Part shown: piece by piece, positions 1-14,872 of the stretch
Layout: every line of letters begins with the position of its first letter
Numbering within the stretch: position 1 is the first letter of the stretch
Assembly: GCA_963730935.1 (NCBI GenBank)
Contig: CAVSTP010000004.1
Coordinates: forward strand, 1,664,001 to 1,728,000
DNA length: 64,000 nt
From: an uncultured Nitrospiraceae bacterium
GTDB taxonomy: Bacteria; Nitrospirota; Nitrospiria; Nitrospirales; Nitrospiraceae
Direction: 5' to 3'
Notes under the pieces: generated by a model
The model's input: the letters and a program-made list of their open reading frames with translations, nothing else
The model's database searches: none
Told to the model about the DNA's origin: nothing
Position numbers and translations under genes: made by a program

Positions 1-1251
1 GTATTTCACGCCGAGACTGTCGAGCAGGCCGTTCTTGACCGGACCGGTGAACCCCATGGCAAGTAACACCAAATCCACATCCATCTCAAATTCGGTATTC
101 GGAACCGGCGTAAATTTGCCGCCTTCGAATTTCACCCGTTGCCCGTGGAGCTTGGTGATGTGGCCATTGTGTCCGGTAAACTTTGTCGTCGACACGCTCC
201 ACTGCCGGTCACAGCCTTCTTCATGCGCATGGGACGTCCGCAACTGCATCGGCCAGAGCGGCCACGGCGTCGAGTCGGCACGTGCGGGAGGCGGTTCCGG
301 CAGCAATTCGAACTGGTGCACTTCCACACAGCCTTGACGGTGCGTCGTTCCCAGACAATCCGATCCGGTATCACCGCCGCCGATAATGACGACCCGCTTG
401 CCCTTGGCCGTAATCGGCTCGTCGCTGATGGGAATTCCAGCCGTGCGCTTGTTTTGCTGCGTGAGATAGTCCATCGCCAGATGCACGCCCTTCATGTCCC
501 GTCCGGGGATCGGCAGCTCGCGGGCCTGCTCAGCCCCCATCGTGAGGCCCACCGCATCGAACTGAGCGCGCAGCTGTTCGCCCGTAATGTGCTTGCCGAC
601 CGCCACGCCCGTCCTGAACTCCACTCCTTCGGCCTTGAGTTGCTCCAACCGGCGGTCGATCACCCACTTTTCCATCTTAAAATCGGGAATGCCGTAGCGC
701 AGGAGGCCGCCGATGCGGTCGGCCTTTTCGAACAGCGTCACGCTGTGGCCCGCGCGGGCGAGTTGCTGCGCGGCGGCCAATCCGGCAGGGCCGGAACCCA
801 CAATCGCAACCGTTTTCCCCGTCTTGACCACGGGAAGAACAGGGAACACCAGCCCCTCGTTGAACCCGCGATCGACGATGTTCCATTCGATCACGCGGAT
901 CGACACCGGGTCCTCGTTGATCCCGAGCACGCAGGCGCCTTCGCAAGGAGCGGGACAGAGGCGGCCGGTGAATTCAGGAAAGTTATTCGTCGTGTGCAGC
1001 GTCTTCAGCGCGTCCTTCCATCGCCCGCGGTACACGAGGTCGTTCCATTCGGGGATCAGATTTACCACCGGGCAACCGGTATTTCCCTGACAGAAGGGCA
1101 CTCCGCAATCCATGCAGCGCGCACCCTGGATCTTGAGCTTGTCCTCGGAGATCGGCTCGTACATCTCCTTCCAATCGAGGACGCGCAGCTCGACTGGTTT
1201 TCGTTTAGGGCCCTCGCGGGCGTATTTCATGAAGCCTTTTGGGTCACCCAT
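1..1251 (-). CDS. gltD: Glutamate synthase small subunit (3'-truncated by window edge)
   Basis: Not in the ORF track; read by hand from ATG at 1251: MGDPKGFMKYAREGPKRKPVELR...RCMDCGVPFCQGNTGCPVVNLIPEWN...NNFPEFTGRLCPAPCEGACVLG...VAIVGSGPAGLAAAQQL...GGLLRYGIPDFKM...VVIIGGGDTGSDC. The frame stays open to base 1 and lies directly downstream of gltB. Confidence 0.95.
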   Translation of the reverse strand, partial: MGDPKGFMKYAREGPKRKPVELRVLDWKEMYEPISEDKLKIQGARCMDCGVPFCQGNTGCPVVNLIPEWNDLVYRGRWKDALKTLHTTNNFPEFTGRLCPAPCEGACVLGINEDPVSIRVIEWNIVDRGFNEGLVFPVLPVVKTGKTVAIVGSGPAGLAAAQQLARAGHSVTLFEKADRIGGLLRYGIPDFKMEKWVIDRRLEQLKAEGVEFRTGVAVGKHITGEQLRAQFDAVGLTMGAEQARELPIPGRDMKGVHLAMDYLTQQNKRTAGIPISDEPITAKGKRVVIIGGGDTGSDCLGTTHRQGCVEVHQFELLPEPPPARADSTPWPLWPMQLRTSHAHEEGCDRQWSVSTTKFTGHNGHITKLHGQRVKFEGGKFTPVPNTEFEMDVDLVLLAMGFTGPVKNGLLDSLGVKY

Positions 1252-1310
1252 GGCGTATCAGTCTTTGTATGCCAATTGATTCCACATTACCTTGAACTCA
1301 AAACCCTCGA

Positions 1311-1351
1311 TCTCACCCGCCCGACCCCGCGCACGCCTGGACGTGCGCTTC
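1311..1351 (+). repeat. REP-like hairpin repeat, copy 1
   Basis: TCTCACCCGCCCGACCCC leader, stem GCGCACG (1329-1335), loop CCTGGA, stem CGTGCGC (1342-1348), then TTC. A partial leader CTCACCCGCC recurs at 1359-1368. Confidence 0.7.
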
Positions 1352-1381
1352 ACCCAAACTCACCCGCCACCCTACGCATCT

Positions 1382-1421
1382 TCTCACCCGCCCGCCTAGG
1401 CCTGCCAGGACAGGTCCTTCC
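1382..1421 (+). repeat. REP-like hairpin repeat, copy 2
   Basis: TCTCACCCGCCCGCCTA leader, GGCCTG / loop CCAGGA / CAGGTC (one G-T pair), then CTTCC. Confidence 0.65.
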
Positions 1422-1441
1422 ACAAGCGACGTGCGCTCGTT

Positions 1442-5960
<4,519 letters not shown>

Positions 5961-6081
5961 GTTACCTATCTCGTGAGAAAGGCAGGTCTTTTTCCTGCTG
6001 GGTAGAGGCCCTATCGAGAGGACTCAGGGGACGCGGAACCTCGTTCCTCCTGAGGCATGATTCCATTAGAAATCGTGCGTC

Positions 6082-6111
6082 AGATTAATGGAAGGGTGAT
6101 TCTTCTGTCAA
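6082..6111 (-). promoter_or_regulatory. Putative sigma70 promoter of gltBD
   Basis: Minus strand TTGACA (6111-6106), N18, TAATCT (6087-6082). It overlaps the inverted repeat TTCCATTA-N17-TAATGGAA (6061-6093). Confidence 0.5.
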
Positions 6112-6144
6112 GACGACCAATGCATGGATTTCGTTGCGATTCCC

Positions 6145-6174
6145 TTGACTTTGTTTCCTCCGCTGCCCTACCAT
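6145..6174 (+). promoter_or_regulatory. Putative sigma70 promoter, leaderless configuration
   Basis: TTGACT-N18-TACCAT ending 7 nt before ATG 6182; no Shine-Dalgarno sequence. Confidence 0.5.
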
Positions 6175-6181
6175 CCGCCGC

Positions 6182-7186
6182 ATGCCACAGGGTCCTGTCA
6201 CCTCCACGATTCACACGATGGCGGACGTCTGGGACGCCTATCGGAATGAACTTGAGGGGGTTGAAGACCGGATCCACAAGAATCTTACCTCTAGCGTGGC
6301 CCTCGTCAATACGGTTGCGGCACACATCCTCAATAGCGGCGGCAAACGCATCCGACCCCTGCTTCTCCTGCTGTCTGCGCGTCTCTGCGGCTACACCGGC
6401 CGTGAACATCACCAACTCGGGAGCCTGGTGGAATTCATCCATACCGCCACCCTCCTGCACGACGACGTCGTGGACGATGCCGAGATCCGAAGGGGCCGTC
6501 AAACCGCACGAAAAGTCTGGGGAAATCAAGTCAGCATCCTGGTCGGCGACTATCTGTATTCCAAGGCCATGTGCCAGGTTGTCGAGTTCCGAAGCCAGCG
6601 GATCAATGAGGTGCTCGCCGAGGCCTGCAAGAAGATGGCGGAGGGCGAAGTCCTTCAACTCTACTACAACGACAATCCGGCGATGCCGGAGGCCGATTAC
6701 ATTAAAATCGTCGAGCATAAGACGGCGGGACTGATTGCGGCTTCCTGCCGGATGGGTGCGATCCTGGCCGAGGCATCGGACGCCCAGCAGGACTGCCTAT
6801 TTCGCTTCGGACAGTATCTGGGCATCGCGTTCCAAGTCGTTGATGACACCCTGGATTACACGGCCAACGGCACTTCGTTGGGCAAGACGCTCGGACAGGA
6901 CCTCCGTCAGGGCAAAGCGACGCTGCCGCTGCTTCATTTGCTGAACCATTGCTCGGACACTGATCGGCAGATGATCAAGGACCGCATGGAGACACGGACA
7001 TTGACGGAGGACGACTTACAACGGTTGATCGGCCTCATGGACGAGTACGGATCCATCGTGTATGCCTTGGACCATGCTCAAGCCTACATCACCGCGGCCA
7101 AGCGAGAGTTGGGCGAGTTCGACGATGGTACCGCTCGACGGGCCCTCTCGGTAGCCGCTGACTACATGGTGACCCGCGACCGATAG
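6182..7186 (+). CDS. ispB: Octaprenyl/polyprenyl diphosphate synthase
   Basis: GGKRIRP, first Asp-rich motif LLHDDVVD..RRG, KTA, second motif FQVVDDTLD, GQDLRQGKATLP. Confidence 0.9.
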   Translation: MPQGPVTSTIHTMADVWDAYRNELEGVEDRIHKNLTSSVALVNTVAAHILNSGGKRIRPLLLLLSARLCGYTGREHHQLGSLVEFIHTATLLHDDVVDDAEIRRGRQTARKVWGNQVSILVGDYLYSKAMCQVVEFRSQRINEVLAEACKKMAEGEVLQLYYNDNPAMPEADYIKIVEHKTAGLIAASCRMGAILAEASDAQQDCLFRFGQYLGIAFQVVDDTLDYTANGTSLGKTLGQDLRQGKATLPLLHLLNHCSDTDRQMIKDRMETRTLTEDDLQRLIGLMDEYGSIVYALDHAQAYITAAKRELGEFDDGTARRALSVAADYMVTRDR

Positions 7187-7355
7187 CCGCTTCCGCGTGG
7201 CCGGTGCCGTTCGGCATCCGGCGGGCAGCGCGGAACAGCGGCCCAGCCATCACAGTTTGTCCAGCACGCCGTCTGTGGAGCGTATGTCGGTCGTACGCAA
7301 CGCGATGTGAGCGCACCGCTGGCGGACTTTCAATCCAACAGAGAAGAGGGAACGC

Positions 7356-8678
7356 ATGGCACAGATTATTCCGTTTCGTGGGACCGTGTATGACCAAGCG
7401 GTGGTCGGCGCTATCAGCGACGTCGTCGCGCCCCCTTATGACATCATCGATGCCGCGGGACAGAAGGCGCTGCATGACCGGCATCCGCAGAACATCATCC
7501 GGCTCGAGCTCGGCATCGATCATCCCGGCGATGACACCACGAGCAACCGATATACGCGCGCCGCAGACACGCTGCGATCCTGGATCACCGGCGGGGCACT
7601 CAAGCGGGACGCTCAACCGGCCATCTACTACCATACGATCGAATATGCTCCTCCGTCTTCCGATGCGCGCGCCCCGAGAAAGACGCTGCGCGGATTCCTG
7701 ACGACCACGAAACTCGAGCCGCTGGACTCCGGCCAGATCTATCCGCACGAAAACACGAGATCGGCCGCGAAGACCGACCGGCTGAACCTGCTCAAAGCCT
7801 GCAAGGCGAATTTGAGCCCCATTTGGCTGCTCTACTCTGATCCGCAGAACGCGATTCTCGGACTGCTCGAACGGGCCGTCAAAGGCCAGCCGCCACGAAT
7901 TGATTTTCAGGACGATAACGGATGCCGGCAGCAACTCTGGGCGGTCACTGACCCAGCCGTGCTCGGGCAGATCGTGGACATCATGGGCAGAAAGCCGCTC
8001 TTCATTGCCGACGGCCACCATCGGTATGAAACGGCGCTGAACTATCAGCGCTTCCGCCGGGAACAGGCCGGGACATCGAATGCGCTCAAACCCTACGACG
8101 GGGTGCTGATGCTCTTGTCGCCGCTTGAGGATCCGGGCTTGACGGTGCTGCCTACCCACCGGGTCACGACGACTCCGCTGCCGCCCTATGCCGCCATCAA
8201 GTCGAAGCTCAGCGACACATTCGATTTCAAGGAGTTCCCCTTCTCGAGCGAAAACACGCCGGCAGTGCGGGCGCAATTCATCGATGCGTTGCGCACACAC
8301 GGACGCACGACGCCGACCTTCGGCCTTGCGCTCAAGGGGGAAAACCGCTATGTGACACTCGCTCTCAGACCGGCGCATCGTCCGGATGCGAACGCTTCCC
8401 CACGTGCCAAACTCGATGTCTCGCTGCTTCAGCAGCTTGTGGTCAGCACACTCTGTCCGACACAGCAAGAGCAGGAAGCCATCCTCTATACGAAGGACGA
8501 CGACGAAGCCCTCGATTGGGCCGCCAATGGAACGGGAACGGGCGCCCTCTTATTGAATGCCACCAAAGTAAGCGAGGTGCAGGCAGTGGCCAAGGCCGGC
8601 GAGCGAATGCCGCACAAGTCGACCTACTTCTATCCGAAGCCCCTGACTGGGTTGGTCCTTCACGTGATGGAAGAATGA
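7356..8678 (+). CDS. DUF1015 family protein
   Basis: MAQIIPFRG, VVAPPYDII, IYPHENT, IADGHHRYETA, MPHKSTYFYPKPLTGLV; GAGGG RBS upstream. Confidence 0.85.
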   Translation: MAQIIPFRGTVYDQAVVGAISDVVAPPYDIIDAAGQKALHDRHPQNIIRLELGIDHPGDDTTSNRYTRAADTLRSWITGGALKRDAQPAIYYHTIEYAPPSSDARAPRKTLRGFLTTTKLEPLDSGQIYPHENTRSAAKTDRLNLLKACKANLSPIWLLYSDPQNAILGLLERAVKGQPPRIDFQDDNGCRQQLWAVTDPAVLGQIVDIMGRKPLFIADGHHRYETALNYQRFRREQAGTSNALKPYDGVLMLLSPLEDPGLTVLPTHRVTTTPLPPYAAIKSKLSDTFDFKEFPFSSENTPAVRAQFIDALRTHGRTTPTFGLALKGENRYVTLALRPAHRPDANASPRAKLDVSLLQQLVVSTLCPTQQEQEAILYTKDDDEALDWAANGTGTGALLLNATKVSEVQAVAKAGERMPHKSTYFYPKPLTGLVLHVMEE

Positions 8679-8708
8679 GCGTCCTTACGGCAGCAAGAGG
8701 AGGCGCGC

Positions 8709-10124
<1,416 letters not shown>

Positions 10125-10228
10125 ACTGTAGCGCGAGAACTCCTGGTTGCTTAGGAGCCTTCGCCGGGAAACGAATTGCACTGCCTTCAGTGGACGGGCG
10201 GATGAGAAGAACTTTTTTTCATAGCCTG

Positions 10229-10978
10229 TTAAGCCAACGGGGCAGTGGGAAGCCGTTCACTCAGCCGAATCAGTCCGCTTGACGCATCATGCTCGGCCTG
10301 GGCATAGCGCTCGGGAGTCCCCACGTCGGACCAGTAACCGGTCAACTCGTAGCCCGCCACCACGTCCCCGCGCTGGATCGCCGCAACGTACGCATCGATG
10401 ATGGACGACGGCTTGTCCTTAGGTACATCTCTCAGCAGACGCGGATTGAGAACATGGATCCCGGCAAACATGCGCGGTTTGGTGCCTGCGGCATCCGTCC
10501 GGCCGCGGCCGGTAATGCGAACGATACGGTCGTCCGACTCGACCTCGACCACTCCCCAACGAGCCGCGTCAGGGTCCGATCGCAGGACTAAGGTGGCCGC
10601 CGCCTGACGCCGCTGATGAAACGCGCACAACGCTTCGAGATCCAGTTCAAACAGCGTATCGCCGTTCATCACAAGCACGGGCTCTCCTGAAAAATTCGGC
10701 TCCGCCTGCTTGATCGCTCCGCCCGTTCCGAGAATCACGGGTTCGTGGGAGTAATAGATGCGCAGCCCGTACTTTGATCCGTTGCCGACCGCCTGCTCGA
10801 TCATCGGCCCCAGATGATGCAGGTTGATGATGACGTCGTGGAACCCGTGGCGTTTCAGGAGCAAGAGGTTCCAAACGATGAGGGGCGTTCCGGCAATGGG
10901 GAGCAGCGGCTTGGGGATCGTATTCGTGAGCGGCCTCAACCGTGTGCCGAGGCCGGCCGCGAGGATCATCGCCTTCAT
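10229..10978 (-). CDS. murU: Nucleotidyltransferase, MurU-like (MurNAc-1-P uridylyltransferase)
   Basis: MKAMILAAGLGTRLRPLTNTIPKPLL, NGD, WSDVGTPERY; lies immediately downstream of an AmgK-like kinase. Confidence 0.75.
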   Translation of the reverse strand: MKAMILAAGLGTRLRPLTNTIPKPLLPIAGTPLIVWNLLLLKRHGFHDVIINLHHLGPMIEQAVGNGSKYGLRIYYSHEPVILGTGGAIKQAEPNFSGEPVLVMNGDTLFELDLEALCAFHQRRQAAATLVLRSDPDAARWGVVEVESDDRIVRITGRGRTDAAGTKPRMFAGIHVLNPRLLRDVPKDKPSSIIDAYVAAIQRGDVVAGYELTGYWSDVGTPERYAQAEHDASSGLIRLSERLPTAPLA

Positions 10979-10996
10979 AAGGACAATGGATCCGTG

Positions 10997-12100
10997 TTAC
11001 TGAAGTTCCGGTACATGCTGGCTCATGAGTTTGCGCAGGGTGAACAATTCAGGGTATTTGTGAAGGTTCCGTTTGACGTAGCCGAGCGTTCGGGGAATGT
11101 CCGCCAGAAATTTCGGATTGCCTTTCACGCGGTCGATGTACACGAACCGGCCGGCCGCTTTGAGATTACGTTGAATGCTCGTGAAATCGAATAACCGGCG
11201 AAAGGCCTCCCGGTTCGTCCAGAGATGGCGTCCTTCCTGGAGCTGGTCCAAATAGTAGTCGATGAGGCGGTCGATCAACGATTCGTCGAGCGCGATGTAG
11301 GCATCCCGCAGCAGCGAGGCCAGATCGTAGGTGGCCGGTCCCATCAACGCGTCCTGAAAATCAATCACGCCCAGCCGCTCGCCGGCGACCATCAAATTTC
11401 TTGAATGGTAGTCACGATGCACGAACACCCTCGGCTGTCCCGCCAAGAGCTCGGAGATTTTTCGGAACTCTTCCCGGATTGCGGCTGCATCTCCGCCGTC
11501 CATCGGCGTACTCTGCCGGGCCGCAATGCCGTATTCAAGAAAGTGGTCGAACTCCCACATCAACAGCGGCACGTCAAAGTTTCGATGAAATGCCAGACAC
11601 TGGGGATCGGCAGGCGACGTCGCTCTGGATTGCATGCCCACGAGTACGTCGATCGCCTGCTTGTAACGCGCTTCAAGGTCGTCGGTGCGGGCATTGGCAC
11701 AGGCTTCCGACAGCGTCAGGTCTCCGAAGTCTTCGAGATAGAGCAGCCCGGCCGCCTGATCGTAGTAATAGAGGGCCGGCACAGAGACCCCTGCCTTAGA
11801 AAGGTGCGTCTGGATATTGATAAACGGGAGTTCCGCGATCGCGTGAGGCGCACCGCTCACGGCCTCTTCAGACTGTTTAAAAGCTTCCGGCTCAGCCAGC
11901 TGCATGAGTACGACGGAGCAAAGGGCGTCGCCGCTCATTTCGATCCGGAAATACCGTCGATTGGAGGCGTCGCCGGCGAGCGGCAGAAGTTTTTTGAATG
12001 TCCCGTGAGAGGGCAACCGAGTCTGTATCGTCTCGGCAACGAGCGCTCGATCAGGAGGAGCCAGCGGCCGTTTGGTGGTGGCAGGGTCGATCGTGGCCAT
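10997..12100 (-). CDS. amgK: APH-family phosphotransferase, AmgK-like MurNAc/GlcNAc kinase
   Basis: LAGDASNRRYFR, LEDFGD, HRDYHSRNLM, IDFQDALMGPATYDLASLLRD, QRNLKAAGRF. Start moved to ATG 12100, just after a TATAAT box. Confidence 0.8.
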   Translation of the reverse strand: MATIDPATTKRPLAPPDRALVAETIQTRLPSHGTFKKLLPLAGDASNRRYFRIEMSGDALCSVVLMQLAEPEAFKQSEEAVSGAPHAIAELPFINIQTHLSKAGVSVPALYYYDQAAGLLYLEDFGDLTLSEACANARTDDLEARYKQAIDVLVGMQSRATSPADPQCLAFHRNFDVPLLMWEFDHFLEYGIAARQSTPMDGGDAAAIREEFRKISELLAGQPRVFVHRDYHSRNLMVAGERLGVIDFQDALMGPATYDLASLLRDAYIALDESLIDRLIDYYLDQLQEGRHLWTNREAFRRLFDFTSIQRNLKAAGRFVYIDRVKGNPKFLADIPRTLGYVKRNLHKYPELFTLRKLMSQHVPELQ

Positions 12101-12109
12101 CAGCGCGGC

Positions 12110-12138
12110 ATTATACTGGCACAAGAAAAAGTTGTCAC
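12110..12138 (-). promoter_or_regulatory. sigma70 promoter of amgK-murU
   Basis: Minus strand GTGACA-N17-TATAAT, 9 nt before ATG 12100. Confidence 0.6.
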
Positions 12139-12566
12139 GAGATGCCGTTCTTTGCTCCGCGTTCCATGACGCGTCGACCGCCGACCGCGCCGACCATCCC
12201 GCCTGCAGTATCCGCCACCCAATCCAGCCAGGTCGCCGTGCGGAACGGCACGAAAGCTTGATGCAGTTCGTCCGTTGCTCCGTACAAAGACGCCATGACG
12301 ATCGCGAACACCAAGGCGTACCCGGCAGTGAACGATCCGGCCACGCGGCGAAACGCCCGGTAGCAGAGGACACCCAGCACTGCGTACTCGATCCCGTGCA
12401 GCAACTTGTCGCCGAGTGTTTCGAAGAGAAATTTCGGCAGCTCCTCGTCGGGATGCGACAACGACGAGAAGTAGAAGATCAGCGCCATATAGGCCGCGAC
12501 GGGAAGCCACGCCCACATCCGCTGACCAGCAGGACCTTCAAACGTCTGCGCGTACGCCTTTTCCAT
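12135..12566 (-). CDS. VanZ family membrane protein
   Basis: LIFYFSS, DKLLHGIEYAVLG, YGATDELHQAFVPFRTATWLDWVADTAG. Confidence 0.85.
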   Translation of the reverse strand: MEKAYAQTFEGPAGQRMWAWLPVAAYMALIFYFSSLSHPDEELPKFLFETLGDKLLHGIEYAVLGVLCYRAFRRVAGSFTAGYALVFAIVMASLYGATDELHQAFVPFRTATWLDWVADTAGGMVGAVGGRRVMERGAKNGIS

Positions 12567-12579
12567 TTTGCTCCCTTGA

Positions 12580-12608
12580 TTGCAAGGTCGGTATCCCTAT
12601 GACATACT
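12580..12608 (+). promoter_or_regulatory. Putative sigma70 promoter of GH57-galT
   Basis: TTGCAA-N17-CATACT upstream of ATG 12653. Confidence 0.4.
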
Positions 12609-12652
12609 CCTTGTGAGTCCGCAACAGTCTGCAACTTTCTTTCTGCCTGCCC

Positions 12653-14845
12653 ATGAAAACTGTTCGGGTCTGTTTTCTTTGGCATATGCATCAGCCGTAT
12701 TACACCGATCCCGTCGCGGGGTCGGCCAGCATGCCTTGGGTGCGTCTGCATGCCACCAAGGCGTATTTCGACATGGCCTTTCTCCTGGACCGGTTTCCAC
12801 GGGTTCACGCCACCTTCAACTTCACGCCATCCCTGCTGCTCCAACTCAAGGAGATCGGTGATGGTGCCGTTCAGGATCTGTTTTTAGAGCATGCGCGGCG
12901 ACGGGCCGCCGATCTGAATCACGAGGAGCAGGCCTTCCTCATCCGCCATTATTTCTCGATCAATTGGGCCACGATGATTCGCCCTTTTCCCAGGTACCAC
13001 GAGCTGCTCGTCAAGCGGGGTCTGGATATCGACGGAGAGGATCTCCAACGGGTGGCCCGGCAATTCTCTTCCCAGGATTTCCTGGATCTCCAAGTGTGGT
13101 TCAATCTCGCCTGGTTCGGCTACGGAGCGGTCCAGCGCTATCCCCGGCTCGCGGCGCTGCGGGCCAAGAACCGTGGCTTCTCGGAGGAGGAGAAGCAAGA
13201 GGTCCTGGCGCTCCAACGGCAGACGGTGCGGGACATTGTACCGATGTACCGCCGGTTGGCGGAGCGCGGCCAAATCGAATTGACGACCACGCCCTTTTAT
13301 CATCCGATCCTCCCGCTCGTGATCGATACGGAACATACCCGGCGGGCCAGACCGGACCTGCCGCTGCCGTCGCGCTTTCGCGCGCCGGAAGATGCCGAAG
13401 CCCAGTTGCGTCTGGCCGTTGAGTATCATGCCGCCACGTTCGGCAGACCGCCGGAGGGCCTGTGGCCTTCGGAAGGCTCTGTCTGTCCGGAATTGATTCC
13501 TCTGCTCCGACGCGTCGGCCTCCGCTGGCTCGCCACCGATGAAGGCATCCTCGCGCGCTCGCTCGAAGCATCGCAGATACCGTGGCATCGTGGACAGCTC
13601 TATCGCCCTTGCAACGTGGGGATAGGGGAAGAGGAAGCGACGATCGTCTTTCGCGACAGGGAGCTCTCAGACGGATTCGGCTTTCTCTACCACAAGACGA
13701 CGGCCGACGTGGCTGGCGAGGACGTGCTGCGCCGCATCAAACAGGTGGCGTTGGATACGCCCCAGGACAACGTCCTCGTGCCGATCATTCTGGACGGCGA
13801 AAATCCCTGGGAGCACTATCATGAGGGCGGAGAACAGTTTCTTTCGCACCTGTATCAGGCGCTCTCTCACGGCGCGCTGGACGAAGGCGACTCACTCCGC
13901 GTCACCACCGCCACGATGTCGGAGGCCCTCGCAGCCACGCCGGAGAGGCCGCATCTCCCCTATCTGCACTCGGGATCCTGGATCAATCAGGACTATAAGA
14001 TCTGGATCGGCCATCCGGAGGACAACCGCGGGTGGGATCTCTTGGGCCACACTCGCTCGCGCCTCTTAGAGATCAGTCCAAGCCTGCCGCCCGAGCGGGC
14101 CAACGCCGCGTGGCACGAGTTGTACGCCGCCGAGGGAAGCGACTGGTTCTGGTGGTACGGCGACGATTTTGATACCGCCTACAAGGAAGAATTCGACCGG
14201 TTGTTCCGCACCCATCTTCGCAACGTGTGGACGCTCGCCGGCTTGACGCCGCCGGACCTGCTCAACCAACCGCTCTGCGAGGTGCGCCGCTTCCAGACCC
14301 GTGACCAAGTCACCCAGCCGCATTCGCTTCTACGACCGACGATCGACGGAGTCGTGACCAACTTTTTCGAATGGCGGGGGGCCGGAACGATCAATCCTAA
14401 TCCTCCACTCGGCGCGATGTGGAAAGCCGAAGGACTATTTTCCGCTATTTGTTTTGGCTTCGATTTGGAGCACCTCTTTCTCCGGCTCGATCCCGCCACA
14501 TCGCTTCTGAGCCAGAAAGCGGACCTCCGCATTGAATACTGGCTTCAGACGCCCGCCCGTAGCTATCGACTCGAAATGTCGTTCGCTTCCCCCGATCACT
14601 ATGTCTTATCAGAACGTGATGACGGCGGCTGGCAGGAGGTGAGTCGCTCAGCACGGATCGCATGGCATCAGGTGTTGGAACTGGCTCTTCCGTTAAAAGA
14701 GCTTCACGTCGAAGAGGGAGAGATTTTACACATGACGTTGATCGTGCGGCGTGACGGCTTGGAGACTGCGCGATATCCGCGCCATCAGCCAGTCGCACTG
14801 AGCATCCCCGGACCGGAATTCGAAGCGACGGTCTGGAGGGTATAA
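12653..14845 (+). CDS. Glycoside hydrolase family 57 (amylopullulanase-like)
   Basis: LWHMHQPYY, PWVRLH, TTPFYHPILPL, GLWPSEGSV (catalytic Glu), ILDGENPWEHY, AEGSDWFWWYG. Confidence 0.9.
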   Translation: MKTVRVCFLWHMHQPYYTDPVAGSASMPWVRLHATKAYFDMAFLLDRFPRVHATFNFTPSLLLQLKEIGDGAVQDLFLEHARRRAADLNHEEQAFLIRHYFSINWATMIRPFPRYHELLVKRGLDIDGEDLQRVARQFSSQDFLDLQVWFNLAWFGYGAVQRYPRLAALRAKNRGFSEEEKQEVLALQRQTVRDIVPMYRRLAERGQIELTTTPFYHPILPLVIDTEHTRRARPDLPLPSRFRAPEDAEAQLRLAVEYHAATFGRPPEGLWPSEGSVCPELIPLLRRVGLRWLATDEGILARSLEASQIPWHRGQLYRPCNVGIGEEEATIVFRDRELSDGFGFLYHKTTADVAGEDVLRRIKQVALDTPQDNVLVPIILDGENPWEHYHEGGEQFLSHLYQALSHGALDEGDSLRVTTATMSEALAATPERPHLPYLHSGSWINQDYKIWIGHPEDNRGWDLLGHTRSRLLEISPSLPPERANAAWHELYAAEGSDWFWWYGDDFDTAYKEEFDRLFRTHLRNVWTLAGLTPPDLLNQPLCEVRRFQTRDQVTQPHSLLRPTIDGVVTNFFEWRGAGTINPNPPLGAMWKAEGLFSAICFGFDLEHLFLRLDPATSLLSQKADLRIEYWLQTPARSYRLEMSFASPDHYVLSERDDGGWQEVSRSARIAWHQVLELALPLKELHVEEGEILHMTLIVRRDGLETARYPRHQPVALSIPGPEFEATVWRV

Positions 14846-14872
14846 ACCGCTTCGCACATTTCTTGGTACGCC

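Noticed and set aside
1311..1440. CRISPR mini-array
   Set aside because: Repeats are short, degenerate and irregularly spaced, and there are no cas genes; better explained as REP-like elements.
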